Notes under the pieces: model-generated
What the model was told of the DNA's origin: nothing
The model's database searches: none
Seen by the model: the letters and a program-made list of their open reading frames with translations, nothing else
Assembly (NCBI GenBank): GCA_963745835.1
Contig: CAVUZH010000022.1
Coordinates: forward strand, 419,441-483,440
Length of the DNA stretch: 64,000 bases
Direction of reading: 5' to 3'
Source of the DNA: an uncultured delta proteobacterium
Lineage (GTDB): Bacteria; Desulfobacterota; Binatia; UBA9968
Shown: positions 30,038 to 39,050 of the stretch, in pieces
Layout: the number at the start of each line of letters is the position of its first letter
How positions within the stretch are numbered: the first letter of the stretch is position 1
Program-made: the position numbers and the translations under genes

Positions 30038-31018
30038 TCAATCTGCTGTCATCTTAACTGCATGGCGGAGGCTCTGCTGAATAGCGTCTTTGATTTTTTG
30101 TAATTCGCGGTTTTGAAACCACGCCGCTGGAATCTCGGCCTTAGCCTGCGTCTCTTCGGCAGGATTTTCGAAAATACAAACCGCTTCCTGATCCGTCGGG
30201 TATTGGCGGGACGGTTTCATGATAATCCAGGGCTCTTCCTCTTCATCGATGAGGGCTTGAATTATTTCTCTCTTGTTCGGCAGCTCCGTGTCTGTTCTCC
30301 TGTCTGGTTCCGCTGGTATATCAATCGTTGCCGCTGACCGCGCATCTTTCCCTTGCAAGTAGCGCGCGAACCATTGAGCCGCAAGATCGGCGACAGCCTC
30401 CAGAGTGCCGGGCTCTTCAAAGAGATGCGTCGCGCCGGTAACAATATCGAAGCGTTTTTCGGTTTGGAGCTGCGCATAGGCACGCTGGTTGAGCTCGATT
30501 ACATCGTGATCGAGCTGGCCAACGATTAGAAGCGTGGGAGCGACCACTCGGGACAATGATTCCATTGCGAGATCCGGACGGCCGCCCCGCGATACTACAG
30601 CGGCGACTTCGTTGACTCGCTCTGCCGCCGTTATTAATGCAGCGGCCGCGCCGGTGCTTGCCCCAAACAGGCCGATCTTCATGCCCGCTGTTTCCGATCG
30701 TGTCGTGATGGAATCCACGGCATTAGCAAGCCGGCGGGCCAGTAAGAGGATATTAAATCGAAATTGGCCGCTCGTCTGATCTCTGGCCTGTTCTTCCTCT
30801 GTCAGCAAATCAAAAAGCAATGTCGCTAAATGAGTTTCGTTTAGACGCTTAGCAACCGACCGATTGCGCGGACTGTGGCGGCTGCTGCCACTGCCATGGG
30901 CGAAGATAACCAAGCCATGCGATTCTTCCGGAATAGCTAGATGGCCTTCGAGAATAACATCGTTTAACTGTAAGCTCACGCGCAATTCGCGGATCGTCAA
31001 CTGATTAGCCTTAGCCAA
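30038..31018 (-). CDS. Dienelactone-hydrolase-like alpha/beta hydrolase with an extra C-terminal domain
   Basis: FAHGSGSSRHSPRN, GASTG, SRGGRPDLA, ATHLFEE; AAGGAG RBS and TTG start. Confidence 0.9.
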   Translation of the reverse strand: MAKANQLTIRELRVSLQLNDVILEGHLAIPEESHGLVIFAHGSGSSRHSPRNRSVAKRLNETHLATLLFDLLTEEEQARDQTSGQFRFNILLLARRLANAVDSITTRSETAGMKIGLFGASTGAAAALITAAERVNEVAAVVSRGGRPDLAMESLSRVVAPTLLIVGQLDHDVIELNQRAYAQLQTEKRFDIVTGATHLFEEPGTLEAVADLAAQWFARYLQGKDARSAATIDIPAEPDRRTDTELPNKREIIQALIDEEEEPWIIMKPSRQYPTDQEAVCIFENPAEETQAKAEIPAAWFQNRELQKIKDAIQQSLRHAVKMTAD

Positions 31019-31032
31019 TTCGGTTCTCCTTT

Positions 31033-31362
31033 TTAGCCTTCTTTTGCTTTACCGGGTTCGGTATGCAATCTATGACCGAGCTTTTCCTCAACCGACGTGA
31101 CATTCCGAATTAGTTTGTCGCGTTCTCCATCATCTTCTTCAAGTTTGATGAACGTCACGATATGAGCCGAGTCTTTGCGCGCGCGCTCATGGCACTGGCG
31201 AATCAAGGGCATAATCTGATCCCATTCGCCTTCGATGCATGTCGCCGAGGGCGTGAGCTGATAAGGCAGACCGGATTTCTCTACGAGCTTGAGCACTTTT
31301 GCAAGTTCCGCACTCGAGTGGGAATCGCCGCCGACCGGAATGATACTGAGTTCCGCTAGCAT
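31033..31362 (-). CDS. MTH1187/thiamine-binding family protein
   Basis: MLAELSIIPVG...SGLPYQLTPSATCIEGEWD...V.SVEEKL. Confidence 0.9.
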   Translation of the reverse strand: MLAELSIIPVGGDSHSSAELAKVLKLVEKSGLPYQLTPSATCIEGEWDQIMPLIRQCHERARKDSAHIVTFIKLEEDDGERDKLIRNVTSVEEKLGHRLHTEPGKAKEG

Positions 31363-31670
31363 AACTTTCTCCTTTCCTAAGTAACGCGTCCTAAGTAACG
31401 CGCGAATACGATCCGCTGTGCCGGCATCGAACTGCCACAATGTCCGAAGGGAAAACCGCTCCGAGATAGAAGCTGAAAGTGAGGCAACAAAAGGCCTTGC
31501 GCGGTTAACAGTCCTCTTTCCGAGACAGGCATTATCCCGGCGTTTCGCAATTCAAAGTACACAGTGATCAATCGGCAAGCCCCTCCGGAGCGGAGGCAAT
31601 TGGCCAGCGGCTTAGAGCGGTCTGCAATCCGGTGCTTTAATCTGATGGATGCGGGACGAGAGGTATTCGT

Positions 31671-32048
31671 TTAGTGACCGGCGGACTGCATAGTCTTATC
31701 CAGCGCCCGCTGCACCTTGAACAGCAGATCGTCCAAGACGAACGGCTTTCGAATGAACTCTGTCGCTCCCGTCGGGACAGTCGAAAGCGAATCGGATACA
31801 TAGCTCGTCATGATCATAACCGGAATCTGTGGCGCCTTGAACTGAAGCTGCTGCAGCAGCTTCAAGCCGTCCATCCGGGGCATGACGATATCCGACAACA
31901 CTAGGTCAAACGGTCGCCCAGCAAGTTTTTCAAGCGCGTGAACTCCATCGCTTGCCTGATCTACGTCGTAGCCCTCATCGCTGAGCAGCAGCGAAAGATT
32001 TCGTCGGGTGATGGCATCGTCTTCGACGATGAGGATTTTGCCCGTCAT
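31671..32048 (-). CDS. Single-domain response regulator receiver
   Basis: ILIVEDD, LSDIVMP.MDG, MTSY, KPF; the ORF-track extension upstream is spurious. Confidence 0.92.
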   Translation of the reverse strand: MTGKILIVEDDAITRRNLSLLLSDEGYDVDQASDGVHALEKLAGRPFDLVLSDIVMPRMDGLKLLQQLQFKAPQIPVMIMTSYVSDSLSTVPTGATEFIRKPFVLDDLLFKVQRALDKTMQSAGH

Positions 32049-32062
32049 AAACGCTAATGCCC

Positions 32063-32078
32063 CGCAAAAATGATTCCA
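32063..32078 (-). promoter_or_regulatory. sigma54-type promoter, predicted near-leaderless
   Basis: TGGAATCATTTTTGCG; predicted +1 ~32052, ATG 32048, no RBS. Confidence 0.65.
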
Positions 32079-32370
32079 GCCCGCTCTATTCACGAGCTGG
32101 ACTATCGACGTCAGGGCGTTCGGAGTGAAATCGTCCAATTCGTGCGAAAAGGTGGCGTTTTGATTGAGTTCGACCACGAGCCTTTCCGTATTTCTGGTGT
32201 GATTGATTAGACGCATCCAAAAAAAGGTCAAGTCAGCTGTCGAGGCCGAGATGCAGCTCCTCTGGTTCGTCGCATTTCCGACACACAGGCAATTCCATGC
32301 GTGCCCCACCCGAGAGGCATGCCGCCAGCAGCGGACGCACTCCAGCCCAGGTAAAAGGCTCTGGCTATCC

Positions 32371-32386
32371 TGGCATCTTCGTTGCA
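32371..32386 (+). promoter_or_regulatory. sigma54-type promoter for PRC-barrel/recQ
   Basis: TGGCATCTTCGTTGCA. Confidence 0.75.
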
Positions 32387-32429
32387 CAGAGCCTTTTACG
32401 CCGCGCACTCGTTTATACAAAGTGGAAGT

Positions 32430-33191
32430 ATGCTCAGACGGGTAGAGAGCCTGAAGAATTTTTCGATCGGCGCTAAGGATGGCGAGATCGGCAGGGTAAT
32501 AGAATTTTTCTTCGATGATGACAAGTGGACGATCAGATACCTGGTTGCCGACACCGGAGGTTGGCTGAGCGGCAGGAAAGTGCTGATCTCGCCGATCTTT
32601 TTCGGGGCGGTGGATTGGGACAGCGACGTTTTCAACGTCAACCTTACCCGACAACAAATCGAAAATAGCCCAAGCATCGACACCGATAAACCGGTGTCGC
32701 GCCAACAGGAGAGTAGTTTTTATGACTACTACAACTTTCCCTACTATTGGTTGGGTGCGGGGCTAACAACTCCAGCGACGGTTGGTCCTAGCGCAGCTAA
32801 ACCAGCCCCAAGCGGGCCGGAGGGCGCGGCGTTGGGCCAGCAATCTGATTCCGAGGACATTCATTTGCGTAGCACCAACGACATAATCGGCTCTTATATA
32901 GAAACCACCGATGGCGACCTCGGCCATTTGGAGGATTTCATCATCGATGATCAAACCTGGGTAATTCGTTATCTGCTGATTGATACGACAAATTGGTGGC
33001 CAGGTAAGACAGTGCTGATTTCGCCGGAATGGGTCAAGGACATGGTCGAGACCGATTCGAGAGTCTACGTCGATTTGACCCAGGAACAGATAAAAACCAG
33101 TCCGCAGTACGATGACACAACCGTTCTCGATCGTGACTACGAGTCGCGTCTCTACCAACATTACGGCCGCTCGCGTTATTGGAGCGACTAA
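32430..33191 (+). CDS. Tandem PRC-barrel domain protein
   Basis: Two repeats: DGEIG.V.EFFFDD..W.IRYLV.DTG.WL.GRKVLISP and DGDLG.LEDFIIDD..W.IRYL.IDT.NWWPGK.VLISP. Confidence 0.92.
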   Translation: MLRRVESLKNFSIGAKDGEIGRVIEFFFDDDKWTIRYLVADTGGWLSGRKVLISPIFFGAVDWDSDVFNVNLTRQQIENSPSIDTDKPVSRQQESSFYDYYNFPYYWLGAGLTTPATVGPSAAKPAPSGPEGAALGQQSDSEDIHLRSTNDIIGSYIETTDGDLGHLEDFIIDDQTWVIRYLLIDTTNWWPGKTVLISPEWVKDMVETDSRVYVDLTQEQIKTSPQYDDTTVLDRDYESRLYQHYGRSRYWSD

Positions 33192-33261
33192 AAATACCCG
33201 CGGCCCCGATCGCAACGCCAAAAGCACCAATCAGAGTGGATTCAAAGCGGGAGAAGCACGT

Positions 33262-34824
33262 ATGAACGCAGCATGGGAGTGGAACGATATCAATGAGCAA
33301 AAGGCTAAAAGGCGTTTCGGCATCAAACGTTATCGCGCCGGCCAGCGCAAGCTCATTCAGGCGGTCCTGGAGGGAAGGAACGCGTTGGGGGTATTACCTA
33401 CCGCAGGCGGCAAATCGCTTTGCTATCAGTTGCCTGCGCTATTTCTTCCGCGTGCCGTTTTGGTTGTCTCTCCTCTGATCGCATTGATGCAGGATCAGCA
33501 GGAGAAACTCTTGGAACGAAGCATTCCTGCCGTTGAGTTGAACTCGACGCTAAGCTCAAACGAAGAACAGGAAAACATCGATACCATTCAAAGCCGACAA
33601 GCAGAGCTGATCTACGTTACCCCGGAACGCTTGGAGAATGCAGGATATCTCAAGGTTCTAAAAAAAGGCGGTGTGTCACTGGTGGTCGTCGATGAAGCTC
33701 ATTGCGTATCGCAGTGGGGCCATGACTTTCGCCCGGCTTACCTGTCACTGCGTAATGCGATCCGAGAGCTCGGGCGTCCGCCGGTGCTGGCTTTAACAGC
33801 GACGGCCACTGACGAAGTCGCGGCAGATATATTAAAGCAGCTTGAGTTAGCGGACGCGGAGGTGATCAGCATCGGTATCGAACGAAAGAATCTCGCTTTC
33901 GAGGTCGTTCGTACCGTCAACGAGGACGTCAAAAGGGATCGGCTTAAAGAAATTCTACAGGAACAGTCCGGCGGCGCCGGGATTATTTATGTGCCCACCG
34001 TGAAACAGGTCGATGCTCTATGCCAATGGTTGATCGAGGAAGGATTTCGCGCTGGCCAGTATCATGGCCGGATGAAGACACCGATGCGCGAAACCAATCA
34101 ACAGGCGTTCATGGCCAACGAGATCGATGTGATGGTCGCAACCAAGGCGTTCGGTTTGGGCATTGATAAGCAGGATATTCGTTTTGTCATTCACTATGCG
34201 GTTCCGGACTCCATCGAAACTTATGTGCAAGAGACCGGACGCGCGGGGCGCGACGGCAAGCCGGCCCGGGCGATCCTGTTCTATCGGCTTGAGGATCGCC
34301 GCGTTCAGTCCTACTTTCTCGGCGGCAAATATCCGCGTCGAGATGAGTCCTTGGCGCTGTATCGGACATTGGACCAAATGCCGCAACCAGAAGATTTGGG
34401 GGACCGAACTGCCGAGCAATGGCTGGCCGAGGTTACCGATCTGACGGGGAAACGAGTCAAGGTTATTCTCGCGCTCTTGGAAAGTACGGGAATAATACAG
34501 CGCAAACCTCACGTGAGCAAAATCCGCGACTTCAACACCGATCAGGAGTTCGCCGCATTTCTCGAAGAATACGAGCAGCGACACAACGGCGACCGGCAAC
34601 GTTTAGACGCAATGATGCTTTTTGGCCAGATCACCACCTGCCGAATGCGTTATCTGCTCGACTATTTTGGCGAGGAGGTCGATGACGATTGCGCTCGCTG
34701 TGACAACTGCCGCGCTGGACAGGAAGCCGCGGAAAACAGTTTCAGAGACGGCTCTTTATCCGGCGCAATCAAACCGGCATCGTCATCGTGCGCAATCGGC
34801 GCCGCCGTGGCGGCGAATTCTTGA
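33262..34824 (+). CDS. recQ: RecQ family ATP-dependent DNA helicase (no HRDC seen)
   Basis: PTAGGKS, DEAHCVSQWGHDFRP, ALTATA, QETGRAGRDG, Zn motif CR...CARCDNC. Confidence 0.93.
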   Translation: MNAAWEWNDINEQKAKRRFGIKRYRAGQRKLIQAVLEGRNALGVLPTAGGKSLCYQLPALFLPRAVLVVSPLIALMQDQQEKLLERSIPAVELNSTLSSNEEQENIDTIQSRQAELIYVTPERLENAGYLKVLKKGGVSLVVVDEAHCVSQWGHDFRPAYLSLRNAIRELGRPPVLALTATATDEVAADILKQLELADAEVISIGIERKNLAFEVVRTVNEDVKRDRLKEILQEQSGGAGIIYVPTVKQVDALCQWLIEEGFRAGQYHGRMKTPMRETNQQAFMANEIDVMVATKAFGLGIDKQDIRFVIHYAVPDSIETYVQETGRAGRDGKPARAILFYRLEDRRVQSYFLGGKYPRRDESLALYRTLDQMPQPEDLGDRTAEQWLAEVTDLTGKRVKVILALLESTGIIQRKPHVSKIRDFNTDQEFAAFLEEYEQRHNGDRQRLDAMMLFGQITTCRMRYLLDYFGEEVDDDCARCDNCRAGQEAAENSFRDGSLSGAIKPASSSCAIGAAVAANS

Positions 34825-34900
34825 ACTCTTTTCTGCTGGGCAGCTTACACTGACTTCGCTGTACGGTTCAGATTTAAAACCTGACCGGATTTCCAACCCG

Positions 34901-36460
34901 TCAACGTGGAGATAACGTCTGTCCTAGACTCAGCAACCAGTTTTTCAAATTGCTCACGCCACGACTAAAAAACGAATCCTCAGTGGCGGAAATTCCTTCA
35001 TAACGGTCTTCCTGATAAAAGGGACCTTCAGGATCGAACGGCAACCCCTCCGGGAGCACAGAGGTCACCCAGAGATAATCTTCAGAGACAATATCCAGCG
35101 GGTGGTGCCGGAGCCGGTAAGATCCGCTGTCTGCCAAGCTGTTCAGATATTTTACCAAACCGCGGCTCCGGCTTAGATTTTCGAGTACCTGAGCCTCCCG
35201 CACTCCTACATGTTCGGCCAAAAGGTCAACGCGAACAGCGCGAATCGCGCGGCCAACTTCACTCTCCACCGCAGGCGCTTCCCATGCAACGTTCAATTCG
35301 GTATCGAGTCCCAGGCTGCGATTGTTCATGTTGGCCGAGCCGACACTCAGGAAACGATCATCGACCAGGAAAAGCTTCGAGTGAATATACGTGGCGCTTT
35401 CGTTGCCGTCGCCTCGGACCGAAGCCGGATGATAAATGCCGAAGGAGTGCCCTGTCTCCGCCGCGACACTCTGCAGCTCTCGAAGCAGTTTTTCCTGTAC
35501 GACGCCGATCGAAAGCTGCTCAACAAAAGCTTCGGCATCTTTGGCGATGATCAGAACGATTTCCAAATGAGAGCGCCGCGAATTCATCATACGATCGACC
35601 AGAGCTTTGTACAGCGCGTTGGAGCTGAAATACTGATTCTCGACGTAGATCAACTCCTCGGCGGCATCGATCGCATCGAGGAATAAACTGCGGATTTCCT
35701 GAATCGGCTTTTGCTCCCCCGCAGTTCCGGCTTGGGTTCGGCTAATCGCAATGGACTCTGCCGGAATCGCCACGGTAGGTTGAAACGGGAGCTGGTAATT
35801 CGACGATGATTTCGGCAACTGAAGAGCCCCCGTGGCGACGCAGTTCCAGCGGGCGACAAACAGCTCGGCCAGCTTCTGAGCCGCCGGGCCAACGTGGTAA
35901 GATTGGATGTCATGAAACGGCCCATAGCCGTTTTGATCGGAATTCACACGAGCCGGACTGTCGACCGGATGGTCGCGATCGTCCCACCGGCCTGAACAAA
36001 TATCCAGGCCACCGACAAAGGCTAGCCTGCCGTCAATCACGACGAATTTCTGATGGTGCGCGGCGCCGAAAAAGTCGCAGCAGTCAAAGGAAAACGTGAA
36101 CCTCTCGTTCGTAGTCCAATTGAAGTACCAATCCTGAAACCACTCGCGATCAAGGCTGTAGAGCACGGTAAAGTCCCAAGCGAGGATGTAAATGTGCAGT
36201 CGCTGCTTTTGCTCGCAGAGATTATTCAAGAACGTGAGGAACTGAACGGACTCTTCAGCCGCGTCTGCATCCCTGCCGCGAAGCAGCGCCACGTCGCTGT
36301 CGAACTGCCAACCAGAGATGAGAATATAATCCTCCGCGCCTCGGGCCGCCTGATGAAACGCGCGGTAATAATCCCTGCCATCAATGAGCAGGCCCGATTC
36401 GGTGACTTCGCTGATGGTCCAGCAGTTCTTCTCCGGCTGTAGTATTTTTCTGACCGACAT
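34901..36460 (-). CDS. Phospholipase D family protein
   Basis: Two HKD motifs, HHQKFVVIDG and IHSKLFLVDD. Confidence 0.93.
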   Translation of the reverse strand: MSVRKILQPEKNCWTISEVTESGLLIDGRDYYRAFHQAARGAEDYILISGWQFDSDVALLRGRDADAAEESVQFLTFLNNLCEQKQRLHIYILAWDFTVLYSLDREWFQDWYFNWTTNERFTFSFDCCDFFGAAHHQKFVVIDGRLAFVGGLDICSGRWDDRDHPVDSPARVNSDQNGYGPFHDIQSYHVGPAAQKLAELFVARWNCVATGALQLPKSSSNYQLPFQPTVAIPAESIAISRTQAGTAGEQKPIQEIRSLFLDAIDAAEELIYVENQYFSSNALYKALVDRMMNSRRSHLEIVLIIAKDAEAFVEQLSIGVVQEKLLRELQSVAAETGHSFGIYHPASVRGDGNESATYIHSKLFLVDDRFLSVGSANMNNRSLGLDTELNVAWEAPAVESEVGRAIRAVRVDLLAEHVGVREAQVLENLSRSRGLVKYLNSLADSGSYRLRHHPLDIVSEDYLWVTSVLPEGLPFDPEGPFYQEDRYEGISATEDSFFSRGVSNLKNWLLSLGQTLSPR

Positions 36461-36677
36461 GGACGTTCCATCCCTGCGCCACATTCAACCGACACGTCGC
36501 AGGACGATTCCCCCAAGTAAGTTTCGATAAAAGGCCGCTACCTCAGCGCCGCTGTGCTCTGAGTGCTGCTCGCATGCCACGCAAAAGAGAGAAATTGGCC
36601 GAGTGTTTTGATCGGCCTAAGGATTCCTAAACAGCGCAAGATTGCAGCAGAGGCAGAAAAGAAAACCGATAAAGTCC

Positions 36678-36965
36678 TTAGTTACTCCGCAACGAACTCG
36701 ATTTGCGAAACTCAGCAAGAGCCTGGTTGCCGTTATCGTAGAGGCTGTCATAAAAAACGCCACCGGTCTCATCTCGGTCGGACTGGTCAAACGCTTGGCT
36801 GTTTTTCAACAACTGCCGACGCCGTTGCAAATAAGTATTCGTGGGCCAGCGCCAAGGGGATGTCGTCAAATTCTCGCCATCATATCGGGCTCCATTGACT
36901 TTACTCTGGCCAAATACTAATTGCCAAAAACTCTGTTCTTCCAACCTGACGCGTTGCGACTTCAT
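36678..36965 (-). CDS. Hypothetical protein (95 aa)
   Basis: GGGAGGT RBS and an upstream sigma54 motif. Confidence 0.6.
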   Translation of the reverse strand: MKSQRVRLEEQSFWQLVFGQSKVNGARYDGENLTTSPWRWPTNTYLQRRRQLLKNSQAFDQSDRDETGGVFYDSLYDNGNQALAEFRKSSSLRSN

Positions 36966-37025
36966 GACCGCACCTCCCGTGCCGCGACAAGATTAAACCG
37001 GCGCAGCTTTAACTTGACCTAGAAA

Positions 37026-37041
37026 GGCAAAACATATTCCA
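37026..37041 (-). promoter_or_regulatory. sigma54-type promoter
   Basis: TGGAATATGTTTTGCC. Confidence 0.6.
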
Positions 37042-37188
37042 GGCAACACGCTTTTTCAATACAGCAAATACATTGGCGAAACCGACCAGCAGTGATGAGC
37101 GCTGTACTACTGTTGGGACAGCTCAGCTGATTTATCGAAATCGATGTGCCAGATCCGATACACTGATGATGAGGTACCTACGCCAGGA

Positions 37189-37635
37189 TTACAGCTCGTA
37201 CGGCGACCTAACCTTGGCTCGATCTTCGTTCTGAGCAGAGCGTGACGTCAGACCGCGTCCAGAAACTAATTTGTTTGCATAGTCTCGGGCCAGCGCAACT
37301 CCGGCCGCTGTTGCTATGCTCCGAAGGATTCCGCCACCGGCGGCTTTCTGTTTGCCTTCAAGATAGGCGCGCCGTTCGGGATCGATTGCAAACTTACGCC
37401 CTCGCCCTCGTGGCGGACCTTTGCCGAAAATGATGCCTTCAAACAAATAGCCAGTTGCCACTGCCAGGCCGACCATCAGCCACGGTCGCTTTTGCGTCTG
37501 GTACTTGGGGTCAACGGAACGTTTAGCTTCCTCTATGGCATCGCCGACACGCGCTTCTAGCGTCTCGATTTTCTCTGCCATAGCGGCGCGGGTAGCTTCG
37601 ATTTCTCGTCTAATCTCGTTCTTCGATGGTTCCAT
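37189..37635 (-). CDS. DUF3618/DUF883-like protein
   Basis: EIRREIEATRAAMAEKIETLE...RPWLMVGLAVATGY. Confidence 0.8.
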   Translation of the reverse strand: MEPSKNEIRREIEATRAAMAEKIETLEARVGDAIEEAKRSVDPKYQTQKRPWLMVGLAVATGYLFEGIIFGKGPPRGRGRKFAIDPERRAYLEGKQKAAGGGILRSIATAAGVALARDYANKLVSGRGLTSRSAQNEDRAKVRSPYEL

Positions 37636-37725
37636 CTGACATCCTTTGCGCTGTGCTCTCGTTGTTCTTTCTCGCTGTTCGCAACATCATTGACCAACAA
37701 CTTGTAACTAACGAACCGTAGATAA

Positions 37726-38094
37726 CTATCGTCGTACTTTGCGCGCGAGCAATAAACCACTGACGACGCCGACGATCAGCGATGTTACCGGATTTTGACG
37801 TATATACCTTGTCGCCTTATCGATAAGTTGTTCGTACTGCCTCTCTCTAAAATAGGCTCCACCCCGATCTAGCCTTTCGGCGATAGTCTCTGCCGTGCTG
37901 TGCACAACAGCCTCCACTCGAGGCCCTGTTTGCCTCACTCGTTCCGCGGCGGTCTTCATCTGATCACCGACCTTGGCCGCCGTACGACGAGCAGCCTCGG
38001 AGGCCTGCTCCTTTGCAGACCCAGCACGCTCACCGACCTGAGATGCAAGATCTCTTACTTTGTCCGATATCCTGTCTGAGCCGTTGTGTTCCAT
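37726..38094 (-). CDS. ElaB/YqjD/DUF883-like tail-anchored protein
   Basis: YIRQNPVTSLIVGVVSGLLLARKVRR C-terminus; GGAGG RBS. Confidence 0.85.
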   Translation of the reverse strand: MEHNGSDRISDKVRDLASQVGERAGSAKEQASEAARRTAAKVGDQMKTAAERVRQTGPRVEAVVHSTAETIAERLDRGGAYFRERQYEQLIDKATRYIRQNPVTSLIVGVVSGLLLARKVRR

Positions 38095-38231
38095 GTTAGC
38101 CTCCGCCTTTCACCTTAAAAAACATTTTTCGGATTCTTACTATCAAACTCTACGCTAGCAGTTCTACCGCGAAATCCGTTCGTGTTCTATGCCATTCTTC
38201 ATGCGATAATTCCACTTTATCCACTCCTAAC

Positions 38232-38247
38232 CGCAAAAGCCATTCCA
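38232..38247 (-). promoter_or_regulatory. sigma54-type promoter (leftward member of a divergent pair)
   Basis: TGGAATGGCTTTTGCG. Confidence 0.6.
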
Positions 38248-38281
38248 ATGGGAGCACTAGTGCAGGATCAGTTGTCCACCG

Positions 38282-38297
38282 TGGCATACCGGTTGCA
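38282..38297 (+). promoter_or_regulatory. sigma54-type promoter (rightward member of a divergent pair)
   Basis: TGGCATACCGGTTGCA. Confidence 0.75.
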
Positions 38298-38321
38298 CAT
38301 CTCCTGGTCGCGGAGATTGAA

Positions 38322-38486
38322 ATGAAAAATGATCCACGTGTACCTGAGCGCAAAAACATCGACGATAAAGAGTTTCCATGTCGTTCGTGCGGTGAAAAAT
38401 TCAATTCGTTGGCGGAAGCAGAACAGCATGAAAAGGATTGTCGCAACCGAGAAACTTCAGGAGCTAAACCTGCAGAGCCAAAGTGA
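38322..38486 (+). CDS. C2H2/C2HC-like zinc-finger microprotein (54 aa)
   Basis: MKNDPRVPERKNIDDKEFPCRSCGEKFNSLAEAEQHEKDCRNRETSGAKPAEPK; GGAG RBS; absent from the ORF track. Confidence 0.75.
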   Translation: MKNDPRVPERKNIDDKEFPCRSCGEKFNSLAEAEQHEKDCRNRETSGAKPAEPK

Positions 38487-38651
38487 GTTTTCGGGGGCGC
38501 TGAGATGTCGACGGAGTGGGCACGGTGCTGCTCTCTCCGTTCGAGACACTTATGTGCCGATTCCAAGACATAGAACTACGTCTCCGGGGCACTTCCGGGA
38601 CGGGGAAAGGTGCCATGCAATTGCGACCGTCAGAATCGCATTAGATTCCTG

Positions 38652-38667
38652 TGGTATGTCGATTGCT
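38652..38667 (+). promoter_or_regulatory. sigma54-type promoter for csbD
   Basis: TGGTATGTCGATTGCT. Confidence 0.75.
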
Positions 38668-38703
38668 CCAAGCATAATAACGAAACCTTAGAGGAGGCTT
38701 GTT

Positions 38704-38901
38704 ATGAACTGGGATCAAATGAAAGGCAATTGGAAGCAATTCAAAGGAAAGGCTAAAGAGCAGTGGGGCAAACTTACCGATGATGAGTTAGATCAGGTCG
38801 AGGGCAAGCGTGACCAGCTGGTCGGTAAGATTCAAAAGCAATATGGTTTGAGCAAGGAAGAAGCCGAGCGTCAAGTCGGTGAGTGGGAAGGCAGGCTGTA
38901 A
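38704..38901 (+). CDS. csbD: CsbD/YjbJ family general stress protein
   Basis: MNWDQMKGNWKQFKGKAKEQWGKLTDDEL..VEGKRDQLVGKIQ. Confidence 0.97.
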   Translation: MNWDQMKGNWKQFKGKAKEQWGKLTDDELDQVEGKRDQLVGKIQKQYGLSKEEAERQVGEWEGRL

Positions 38902-38936
38902 GCAGCTAGCGCAGACTGGCGCTGTTATTCCTACAC

Positions 38937-38978
38937 AACGGCGGTCATCGGCTGTGTAGCTGGTGATCGCCGTTTTTA
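38937..38978 (+). terminator. Intrinsic terminator after csbD
   Basis: aacggcggtcatcggct-gtgt-agctggtgatcgccgtt hairpin (with G:U pairs) followed by a T-run. Confidence 0.65.
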
Positions 38979-38979
38979 T

Positions 38980-39019
38980 TAATGATCAGAGTCATAACCT
39001 AATGATCAGAGTCATAACC
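38980..39019. repeat. Perfect 20-bp tandem duplication
   Basis: taatgatcagagtcataacc x2. Confidence 0.95.
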
Positions 39020-39050
39020 GGCGCCGATCAAGTTAACGAAGGACGGATGG

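Noticed and set aside
32049-32705. N-terminal extension of the 344-aa ORF at 31671-32705
   Set aside because: It is antisense to the PRC-barrel gene; the real start is 32048.
33262-36460. Helicase plus PLD as an anti-phage defence system
   Set aside because: The genes are convergent, and the PLD is a two-HKD lipid-type enzyme rather than a Nuc-like nuclease.
38980-39019. CRISPR array
   Set aside because: Only two abutting units, no spacers and no cas genes.
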